A DNA stretch of 64,000 bases. Source: Cetorhinus maximus. Its lineage: Eukaryota. The notes beneath the pieces were generated by a model, which was not told the DNA's origin, made no database searches, and saw only the letters and a list, made by a program, of their open reading frames with translations. Below, piece by piece: positions 1 through 9,507 of this stretch. The stretch lies in assembly GCF_964194155.1 (NCBI RefSeq), contig NC_135906.1:6572001-6636000 (forward strand). Direction: 5' to 3'. Both the position numbers and the translations under genes were made by a program. The number at the start of each line of letters is the position of its first letter. The stretch's first letter is position 1.

Positions 1-1761
1 ATTTGTAGTCTCCACGAATGGGAATAGTTTGATCTGGTTTCATCACAGGGAGTGTGGGTACTGCCCATTCCAAAAATTGGACTGGCTGGATGATGCCCAG
101 CTTCACTAAGCGGCACAATTCTGCATCCACCTACTCCATTACGGCATAAGGCACAGGTCTAGCCTGAAAGAAACAGGGTATCACCCCCAAATCTACATAT
201 ATTTTTGTCTGTAAGCCTTTTGTCTTTCCCAGTTTATCTTGAAATACGCTGTCGTACATTCTTAACAGCTGAGGAATTCCTTCTGTTCTCACTTGAAAGA
301 TTTCTGACCAGTTGTGCCTAATTTTTTTGTAACTGGTCCTGGCCCAGAAGACCAGGCTCTTCATCCGTCACGATAACCACTGGCAGCCATAAGGACACAG
401 GGAAAGTGCCAATGCCTTTTAACTGTGTTGACTCTCCAGTGTACACCTTCAGTTGAACCGTGCTTTGCTACAGATTCAATGGCTCGTTTCGATAATTAAA
501 TGTCTGTTCTCCCACCCGTGTAGTCAAATTTCTTGTGTCTATCTCCATGACGAGAAACTTCCCATTCACTTGAGGGGGAATGTTTATTGGTTCAGTTTTT
601 GCTGATTTGACATTGTATAGGGAATAGGTATCATTATCAGCAGCTTCAGATCAATAATATTGTGCACTTCAAACTTCTTGGTCTGCTGTCTGATTGGCTG
701 TCTCAATTTCGCCCTGAATTACTTTATTATGTGCCCCTTCCTGTGGCTGTAATGGCATTCTGCCTGTTTAAATCTGCAGGTTTCCAGTACATGGTTACAC
801 ACACATCTGTAAAGGTAAATTTCTGAATTGTTTCGGAGATTCTTCCATTTTGCTTTTTCATTTTTTCAACAGCAGAGACTGTCTCCCGCTTCCCGGCTGT
901 CTGTGCGGTTTACGGGCCCCGCCCAGTGCTAGGTTCCCGCCCCACTGAAGAATGGCGCCATGTTGTACACTCTGTAAACCTGCGAGTCCCTCTCAGCCCG
1001 CTCCATCGCTAGCGCTATTTCCATGGCCCACTTCAAATCAATGTTAACATCAGCAAGTAAATGGTGCTGAATGGCATCGTCGTGAACGCCACAAACTAAC
1101 CGGTCCTGCAGCGTGTCATTGAGTGTATCTCCGAAGAGGCAGAGCTCCATCAATTGCTTCAACTTCGCTATATAGGTTGTGATGGACTCTTCTGGGGTCC
1201 CTATTCTGGAGTTAAACGTATGCTTCAGCTGAAAATACAACTTTATGAGGTTTACCGATTCACTATAAGGTTTAGAATTGGAGGCGTTCGGGGTTGTCAG
1301 ACTACAGGTGAGTTTATATTTGTTGCTAACACAGACTCTTAAAGGAATTGCTTTCTGCTTCTTCTTCACTGTTATTTCATTTGCCTTGAAATAAAAACCT
1401 GGGCGCTCTATGTACTGGCTCTGATCTTCCATGGCTGGGCCATACAGGTCGACTCTGCCAAAATGTGGCATGACTGGTGAGTATAATCTTCTAAAGAATT
1501 GATATACTCACATTCACAAGGCGAGGTGCAGCGTCGGAGCTATTCATCCTCATCGCCAAATGGAATGAACTTGATGTAACGGACAGGTTTCTTACCTGAA
1601 ACAGGTCACTTCATTCCACAGCTCATTTAGAAGCTACTTACTGGAAACAGATCCAAGACTAGAAAGCTCCACCCTCAGGATTACCCGCTCTGGGCTCATT
1701 CGTCAGAACAATCATGTGACCCCTAAAGGCAGTAGGAAAGGTTAAACCTAGAATCACTACA
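1..1761 (-). mobile_element. 5' part of a decayed short-LTR Ty3/Gypsy (Mag-like) retrotransposon: LTR, PBS, gag, protease, start of RT
   Basis: gag ORF 929-1471 (LQDRLVCGVHDDAIQHHLL), decayed zinc-knuckle region at about 720-810, protease remnant MEIDT at about 535-549, ARPVPYA, and RT start WAVP..KPD..IRGDYK. LTR at about 1561-1761; PBS at 1545-1558. Confidence 0.88.
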
Positions 1762-1799
1762 ACTTAAGAAAATGGCTTTGGATTTCCAATATTAAATTT

Positions 1800-2920
1800 C
1801 AGCTCATCTATTACTGGATGTCAGACAAGCAGTTGGATAGATGAGAGGCTGTGGAGGGGTTGAGGAATTGGATGGTGCGGTACATTTCCAGGAAAGTCTA
1901 GAAAAGACAGGCAGGGATTTGGGAGATGAGAACACTCTGACATGGGAGAGGAAAGGGAGGCTGGAGATGGGAAGCTTAATTACACGGGCAGCTGGGTCGA
2001 GGGTTTTTTTGTGAGCTGTCGGTAGTGATGGCAGGTTTGAAAGGGAGGGAGAAAGGACCTGAGGAGAGGAAATATTGAATATTAGACAGGAAGTGAAATT
2101 GAGTGGGGGGAAGGAGGTCATCATTTCAATGGGAATAGTGTTAAAGGAACATGATGTGATGTGTCGGGGACAAGATGTGGTCAGTGTGGGTCTGAGGAAA
2201 GTTAGAGAAAGTGGAGAAAGAAGCAGGTTCGGGGATATGCTGGCAGGGGAGGGGCTGAGCTACAGAGGATGTTTGGCCCGGGAGAGGTGAGGGGAGTGGC
2301 AGAGGCGGCTGATCGGTTGGACTTAATCTCTGTGACAAAAAAGTCCATGAGCTCTTTCACCTTGTTGGAGATGAAGGTGGTGGGGAGAGGGGTTTAGGAA
2401 GAGGGTTTGCAGTAGAGAAGAGGAGCTGGAGGGTTATCTGAGCATTGTAGCCTGATGCTGGAATAGTGATCAGCTTCGGATATGGTGATAGGACAGCCGG
2501 ACACAATCAGGGTGAATGCGGTAAAGCCGGCTCTGGTGTTGGCTAAAGCAATTGTTCAGCATGACTGTTCACGTCTGCGTCACTTGGGCTTATGGGAACA
2601 GAGATAAGGGCCGTAGCTGGAGATGGTCTGGGGAGAGAGAGAGGAATGGCTTTTTTGGGTCCTGGGGCATCACAGATGGAGGTGAGGGTGTGGTTGGGCA
2701 GATTGGGAGTTGCAGAAATGTTATGTTGAAAAGAGAGCCAAAGGGAGGTTAGTTGGGATTAGGAAATGGACACAGGAGGGAGTGGAGCTGGGAGGGGTAA
2801 GGGGATTTGGGAGGAGTGTGATACAAGGAAGTGATCGGTGATGGCCTTATCTGTGATCTACACGATGGGATTAGCGAGGCCGCGTCCGATGTCAAAGCTC
2901 ATCGACAATATCATGAACTC
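1800..2920 (-). mobile_element. Degenerate L2-like LINE ORF2 fragment (also about 19017-20137, 36234-37354 and 53450-54570)
   Basis: Minus-strand KKTLDP..LPISSLPFLSHV resembles the L2 RT-entry motif KKPSLDP..NYRPISLLPFLSK; strong C/T bias on the coding strand. Boundaries are approximate. Confidence 0.7.
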
Positions 2921-3651
2921 AAAAGTTCCAGACCATAACCAGACCCTGACACTCAGAACCATTCACAGTTTCAGTTCCAATAGTGCAGTGGAGTCAAATT
3001 CAACATCAGGAATCTCTAATGATTAAATAAAATATATCACCCCTCTGATCTCACTCATTGTATGGACAGTGTCTCACTAATCAGTGATAGAGATAGTCAG
3101 CTAAAGCCAGTTAGCTACATTTTACAAAGTGTCTGAATCCAGATGTGAAGAGCAGAAACCTTCACAAGGCAACAACTGGGCAAAACCCAGAAAGTTTCTT
3201 CAATGTTTACGGTGGATTTGGGGAATACAAGTTACTGAGTTGTTTATTTGACGTGTGTGGGGTGAATCAATAGAAAATCCTTGGGACACGCACTCGTGAG
3301 TCCGTGTGAGGGATTTTGTGGGTGACACCGCGAAGACACAGGTGAATTGGTGAAAACTGTCATCAGAGAATTGACCCAAAGAGAAGGAGCTCTGGGATTC
3401 CGCCCGAGCTGTGCTGGACCTCACTTGGAGATGTCCGATTCTGCCCAGCAAAATAAATGGCAAATCCCAAATCCCCATCGATGATAAATATGCTGGAGGA
3501 TTCACTAAAACAGCGGCACTCATGGAGTGAGAGTTTACTCCACTTCCCTGGTGTAAATTTTATTCTCATCGAGGTGAATGACCTCAGTGCTGGAGATTGG
3601 AACACTTTCTGATTGGAGCCGGAGAGTTAGTATGAACCTATCGCAGGGCAC

Positions 3652-3969
3652 ATACAGCACAAGTTAGATACAGAGTAAATCTCCCTCTAGAGGGTCCCCC
3701 TAAAACACTCCCAGAGCATGTACAGCACGGGGTAGACACAGAGTAAATCTCCCTCTACAGTGTCCGCATAAAACACTCCCGGAGCAGGTACAGCACGGGG
3801 TTAGATACAGAGTAAAGCTCCCTCTCCACTGTCCCATCAAACACTCCGAGGACAGGTACAGCACGGTGTTAGATACAGAGTAAAGTTCCCTCCATACTGT
3901 TGCTATGCACCAATCCCAGGATAGGTACAGCACAGGGTTAGATACAGAGTAAAGCTCTCTGTACACTGT
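3652..3969 (+). repeat. 68-bp minisatellite, about 4.7 copies
   Basis: Unit GTACAGCACGGGGTTAGATACAGAGTAAAGCTCCCTCTACACTGTCCC..AAACACTCCC.. starts at 3652, 3720, 3788, 3856 and 3925. Confidence 0.92.
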
Positions 3970-4128
3970 TTCACTAATTTAAAATTGGGAGATAATTACA
4001 GGTTGTTGTTGTAGCAGTGTGAGAGTCTCCATTCCCCATCGCAGCATTTACCAGTCTGCACGCCAGACTCCCTGGGTCAGTGCCCACCAGTCATCCTCAT
4101 GGATCAATGAACAAAACCACATGAGATG

Positions 4129-4366
4129 ATTGGATTAATGGTGCCTTCAGCATGAGAACTTGTGGAGCTGAATTCAGTCAGGTGACACCAGAGCAACTCA
4201 GAGTGATTCCTATTGGTCCAAATAAAATTGGCCTTCCTGGTAATAAATCCATGAGTTCTGTCTGTCATTGGTGGAGATTGTGAAGATTTGGGCTGGTTAA
4301 TTGGTTCAATGTTGCTGCTTCTGGTCTCATTGGTGTCAGGTGAGTGCAGCTTGTGTGTACATAAGG
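4129..4366 (+). promoter_or_regulatory. Putative ZP3 proximal promoter (repeated in each unit)
   Basis: Six ATTGG (inverted CCAAT) motifs at 4129, 4212, 4227, 4267, 4300 and 4329; CAGGTG E-boxes at 4179 and 4337; TATA-like TACATAAG at about 4358-4365, upstream of the ATG. Confidence 0.6.
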
Positions 4367-4408
4367 TGCTGCTCGGTGGTTGAAGGGATGGTTGAGTTGT
4401 TTGGTATC

Positions 4409-7400
4409 ATGGGGGATTTTGTAGTGAGGGCTTTGTTCCCAGTGCTGGTGTTAGTTGGAGCTGTTTGTGGCACTGATACTTGGCAACAGTTTCTAGGCCA
4501 GAGCTTTACATGGGCCAGAGTCAGAGCCACCCCTGTGCCTCAGACAGTCTCTCCTCCTGGGCCTCCCTTTGGTTCCCATTTCCGTGTATCTCCACTGCAG
4601 ACTGTGATGGTGCAGTGTGGAGAGGAAAAGCTGCTGCTCAGGGTCCAGCTGGATTTATTTGGAACCAGGCACCTGATCAAAGCTGCTGACCTGACTCTGG
4701 GGACAGAAGGTTGTCGGCCAACAAGGATCTACTCTCAGAACCACACTGTCCTCTTTGACTATGGACTCCATGAGTGTGGCAGCAGGTTGCAGGTAATGGG
4801 AATCCTCAGCTCTTGCTCTAATCTTGGGCTGTAGATTGTTCCCCACCCTTCATTCCAACACTGGGTGAGATGTCAATGATATTGAGGAGATACCTGTCAC
4901 CTGCTTTCTAAAACCCCAAGTTAGCTTTCTATTGTGTATTGTACTTTGCTTTAACTTGTTTCTGAGTGTCTCCGAACTTGTGACAACAGCCCTATTGGTC
5001 TTGAACCACCTTTTTGGTTCCTCCAAACTTTGCCTTTTGTTGTTTTGAGGATTTTCGGCTCTCTTCCCCTCATTCAGATCGATCCAACTGGAGGCTTCGG
5101 TTTCAGTCCGGTTTAATCCAATTGAGTTGTGTCTTAAATGAAGAAAATGAAATGAGAATTGAAATTTATTGCACTAAAGAGGAACTCCACACTTCCCACT
5201 TTTCCTGTCATTGGAATAAATGGGGCCCTAGTTTCAAACTGTTCTATTTCCATGCTCCATATTACTGTCCAATTGTGGCTCCTTTTACTGTTAACTGAAG
5301 CTGTCCTTTTGTTGACTCCCTTTCCTATTCATGGATCCTGGTCTTGTTCTGATGATCTCACTCTTTGGATAAAGGGCTGAGGTTGCATAGCAACAAATAA
5401 CCAGATGAGGTCACATGGCCCCTCAAGCCTGTTCCCCAATCATTAGGATCCTGGCTGATCTTCTACACAACCTCCATGTTCCTGTCCTCTTAACATATAT
5501 TCTTAGATTCCCTTAAAGCCCCAAAATAAATCCATCTGCCTTGAATGTGTCCAATGACTGAGCATTCCCAGATCTCTGGAGTACAGAATTCCTAAGGTAC
5601 ATGATCTGCTGGATGAAGTAATTCCCTGTCACAATCTTAAATGACTGACCCCTGACCTGAGATGAACGCCCCAATAGTCAAGTCTCTCCAGTTGGGGGGA
5701 AGGCAGCCTCTTCACACTGACCCTGTCAATCCCCCTCAGAATTGTTTCCAGGGGATGGGATGACTTCATTGTTAACCCCTGTGGAGAACATTCTCATTTC
5801 AGATCAGTTCTTCATTCCTTAACCTGATTCTTTCAGATGGTTGGAGATTTCCTCATCTACACCACCCACCTGAACCACACCCCAGAGTATCATGGATCTG
5901 TCATTGTGAGAACGAATGGAGCTGTCGTTCCCATTGAGTGTCGTTATTTTAGGTGAGAATCTTTACTCGATTGTCAATAAGATCTACAGCTGCTGGTGGT
6001 CTCTGAAGTTGTCCTAAAATGACTCCCCTGCCTTTCCAGGAAGGGCAACGTGAGCAGTGACCCCATCAAGCCCACCTGGATCCCATTCATCTCCACCAAG
6101 TCTGGAGAAGGGCATCTGTCATTCTCTCTGCGCCTAATGAATGGTATGTGATGGGCGGAGGGGAGTGATTTCCTCTAGTCACTCACTGGGAGTTACAGCC
6201 ACTGTCTCTAACCCTTGTCCTCTTGTACTTCAGGTGACTGGCTTACAGAGCGTACTTCGACTGTCTACTACCTGGGTGAGCTCATTCACATTGAGGCCTC
6301 TGTTTCAATGACCAACCACATGCCCCTGAAGCTCTACATTGACCGCTGTGTAGCTACATTGAGCCCAGACAAGGATTCCACCCCGAGATACAGCATCATT
6401 GACCACAATGGGTAAGGATCTGTCTGCTTTCTCCAGCTGGTCCCATCTCAATGGCTTCACTTGATTCACTTCCTGTCTCTTTTTAATCTTTCTTCAGTTG
6501 CCTCCTGGACAGCAAAGCTGAGGACTCCTTTTCAACCTTTGTGTTGCCAAGAGACGAGCGGGAGCTGGACAAGCTCCGGTTTGACCTGGATGCGTTCCGT
6601 TTCCTTGGAGATGACCGTTCCTTGGTAAGAGGAAGCTGATCATTGGGGTCTCCATGTTGGGAGGGAGTCACTGAATCATGACTTGTGTTGAATGTGTCCC
6701 TCAGATTTTCATCACCTGTCACCTGAAAGTTGCTCCAGTTGATCAGAGGGATTCCAGGAACAAAGCTTGTACTTTCCAGAAGTTGCAGAATGTGTAAGTT
6801 CCCTCTCTCTCTCTCTCCCTCAGGGATGTGTTGTGTGGGGTTGTGATGCACAACCTGGTTGATGGGCTGTTTCTCTTGTTTAGCTGGACCCCACTGGAGG
6901 CATGGAGCACTGACATTTGTGCCTGTTGCCATGTGGGTAACTGTGGTGCCACAAGGGAGTTGTGGTTTGGTCCCAGAGGAAGGAGAGATCTTGTACCTGA
7001 AGCTGGTAGGACATTGATCCTCTAGATGTTGGATGTCCCACTTTCCCCTCACTAACTGAAATGTTTGATGTTGCAGAGAGTGAAGCTGGATTGAAGTGGG
7101 AGGGTGAGGCCTCACTTGGACCCCTGCTCATTCTGGATACTGATGTGACCAAGCTGGCAACAGAGTCCCTGAATGAGGCTGAGCGAAGGATGCAGGAGAG
7201 GTCTCCAGGTGGTGAGTTGGCCGACTGCTGGTTTCCATTTTCCCCCTCCGTGTTTCCTTCACTAACCATTGGTTTCTCATTGCTTTGTAGGTGTGGAGTC
7301 TGAGGTGGTCCTGATCGTGGCCCTGACTGTGACAGCTGTCTCTCTGATCTCTGCTTCATTGCTGGCCTTGTTCCTGTACAGGAAACACAAGCAAACTCTG

Positions 7401-7412
7401 GTCAACCAGTGA
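4409..7412 (+). CDS. zp3: Zona pellucida sperm-binding protein 3 (ZP3/ZPC)-like egg-coat protein, copy 1, 9 exons
   Basis: Exons 4409-4792, 5837-5952, 6040-6143, 6234-6411, 6498-6624, 6705-6793, 6884-7005, 7077-7211 and 7291-7412. All introns are GT-AG with consistent phases; 1377 nt gives 458 aa (alternative in-frame ATG at 4388). Motifs: signal peptide, [82 protein letters not shown], furin site RGRR, LGPLLIL patch and a C-terminal TM helix. Confidence 0.95.
5390..5750 (-). mobile_element. CR1-like LINE 3' end remnant in ZP3 intron 1 (in every unit)
   Basis: ggcccctcaagcctgttcccc..ggatcctggctgatc and the following sequence resemble the antisense 3' end of chondrichthyan CR1 LINEs. Recognised from memory, not aligned. 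Confidence 0.55.
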
Positions 7413-7422
7413 CCAAATGATC

Positions 7423-7428
7423 AATAAA
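7423..7428 (+). terminator. Polyadenylation signal of ZP3 (also at 24640, 41857 and 59073)
   Basis: AATAAA 10 nt after the TGA stop, followed by a GT/T-rich tract (tgtctgggtgttgatttgt). Confidence 0.75.
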
Positions 7429-7549
7429 GTAGTGATTCCTTGATCTTCTGTCTGGGTGTTGATTTGTCTCCATCCTCAACACGTTCAATATCTCCATGGA
7501 ACTATTGGCCGGCTTCGGTGTATCCAAGCACAGAACTAGGCCTCCGGAA

Positions 7550-7705
7550 TGATGAAACAAAAAGAAAAACAAAAGCTGTTGGAAAAACTCAGCAGCTCTG
7601 CCAGCATCTGTGGAGTGAAATAGGGTTCATGTTTTGAGTCCAGATGATTCTCTTCAGTTTTTCTTTTTGTTTCTCATTTCTATCTTCTGCAGTATTTTGC
7701 TCTTA
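7550..7705. repeat. Short interspersed repeat remnant, possibly Penelope-derived, downstream of ZP3
   Basis: gctgttggaaaaactcagcagctctgccagcatctgtggag and a degenerate inverted counterpart (tctgcagtattttgc) resemble a common chondrichthyan repeat. Unverified. Confidence 0.35.
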
Positions 7706-8384
7706 TCTCCCGAATGATGGGTTTACTGAAGGCAGAGAGAAGCACTAACTTTCACTCCTTTGGGCTACTGCTCATTTTTCTGCCTACGTCAGAACCCTGG
7801 CTCCTTAACTTTAACTACCAGGTGTGGGGCAGGGGGGTGTGAGCAGGTCTGGGGCCTCCTTGTGGACCTGCTCCTGAGCCTGGCTGCTGTGGGTGTTTAC
7901 TCAGGCTGCCTCATTCTCTTCCATGCTGATGTTCACCCCCTGGAGAGGGGACTCACTGTATTGGAATGTTTGAGGTTTGCTGTCATCAGTGGTTATGAGG
8001 TCACAACTGCAACCATTATTTTAGTTTCATCACCCATTAGACTTTTTTTGACACTTGAGCTGCTGCTCTTAAAAGCTAATTTTTGGGTAGTGATAACTCA
8101 TTCTCACTGAGCAAACTATGAACTAAAGCTTGTGTATTGTGGGAATAGTGAACCTGCAGATCAACCACAGAAGGTGGCGTGAGAGCTAGCATAGTTTTGT
8201 AACATGGTCTGAGAGAAACATTAACTGCTAATAACTGGGAGGTAATTAATTTTCAAGTGCACCAGCTTTCCCATCTTAATACAATCTTTCTGTACATGAA
8301 TTAAACAGCTGAAGTCCTACTAATTTAATACTGCTTTGAAAATCCTCCTTTCCACCCCAGGGATCCTTTATACTTTTGGGCATT

Positions 8385-8670
8385 TGATGGTTCCCTAGTG
8401 TTGATATCACTGGACCTGTCATCTAGAGGTCCAAGCTAATGCTCTTGCTATAGGTGGTGGAAATTAAGGTCAAATAATAAATCTGGAATATTAAAAACCC
8501 ATCTGGTTAACTAATGCCTTCGAGGAAAGGGTATCTCCCCTCCTTACCTGGTCTGTGTGTGACTCCACACCCACAGCAGTGTGGTTAACACTAAACTGCA
8601 TTTTGCAATAGCCTGGCAAGTTACTCAGCTCAAGGACAAGTGCTGGCCTTGCCAGTGATGCCCACATCCT
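8385..8670 (+). mobile_element. Degenerate tRNA-derived SINE, SacSINE1/DeuSINE-like (in every unit)
   Basis: tRNA-like head followed by aaaaacccatctggttaactaatg..ccttacctggtctg..gtgactcca.acccacagca..gctggccttgccagtgatgcccacatcc. The family assignment is tentative. Confidence 0.55.
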
Positions 8671-8804
8671 GGGAGAAGATTTTTAAAAATGTAAGATGGA
8701 ATTTTATGAAAAGTAATAGTTACACAACCAAAAGACCTGAAATATGAAATTAAATATTAACTATATGGGGCTAAACTGTCAAATTATTAAGGTTCATGAA
8801 TGAG

Positions 8805-9480
8805 TGTGTATGGACTTCCAGAGGGCATTCAATAATCTTTCACATCCAGAATGGAGGAAAAATGAAAATGGTGATTGAGAGCATCATCAGACCATCAGGA
8901 TGTGGCATATGTTGGTTCCCAGGGGTCTGATCTGGTGCTTGAACTTCACCCGTGACTTAAATATCCAACTGTCTATTCGCACAAGTTTGCAGGTGATGTT
9001 AATCATCAATCCGAGAGGAATAGGGACACAAATGAGATTGAGTGAGTGGGCCAAACAATGGCAAATGTCATTCCGTGCAGGCGAGTAAGGTCAACCGCTC
9101 TGGAACCAAGCAAGGGAAAATTACGTTTTTGTCTGAATGGTGGAGGAACAAAGATGTGAGAGAATTCAAACAATCATTATAAACTAGCGTAATGAAAATT
9201 GTTGGAATATTGGACTCTCAAAGGGAGGGATGTGATGCTTCAGTTTTCTAGAAACTTGGGTACACACACATCTGGATTTCAATCTGGACTTTTGGGAACC
9301 AAACATCAAATGACACTTCTGTTCTCTGAGTTTCAATACTGATTGTTTTTATCCAAAGACTTCATTTTGCTCAATGTTTAACTTTCCTGATTTTCAAGAT
9401 TGACGGCTGATCTGATTGAGCTGTTTAAACTGTTCCAAGGATTTGGTAGGGTAGCGATGGGGGAATTATTTCCTCTTCTG
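8805..9480 (+). mobile_element. Highly decayed CR1-like LINE RT fragment (in every unit)
   Basis: MDFQRAFN at about 8810 resembles DFQKAFDKV; RLSEWAKQWQMSF in ORF 8900-9088 resembles CR1 RT; DLIELFKL-like motif at about 9410. Confidence 0.65.
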
Positions 9481-9507
9481 GGTTACTTGAAGTCTGGCTC
9501 AGCCTTA

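Noticed and set aside
929-1471. 180-aa gag ORF as a domesticated gene
   Set aside because: It is truncated and embedded in a decayed element; identity between copies simply reflects the tandem duplication.
3652-3969. CRISPR-like repeat-spacer appearance
   Set aside because: The apparent spacers are homologous to each other, there are no cas genes, and the context is eukaryotic; it is a minisatellite.
4301-4408. N-terminal extension of the ZP3 ORF from 4301
   Set aside because: It begins at TTG inside the promoter motifs. The signal peptide and better Kozak context (atcATGg) favour 4409, or possibly 4388.
6483-7359. Antisense ORFs of 210 and 159 aa
   Set aside because: They are shadows of ZP3 exons and introns with no recognisable domain.
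7760-8110. 116-aa hydrophobic ORF downstream of ZP3
   Set aside because: Non-ATG start, no recognisable family, and no evident splice or promoter support.
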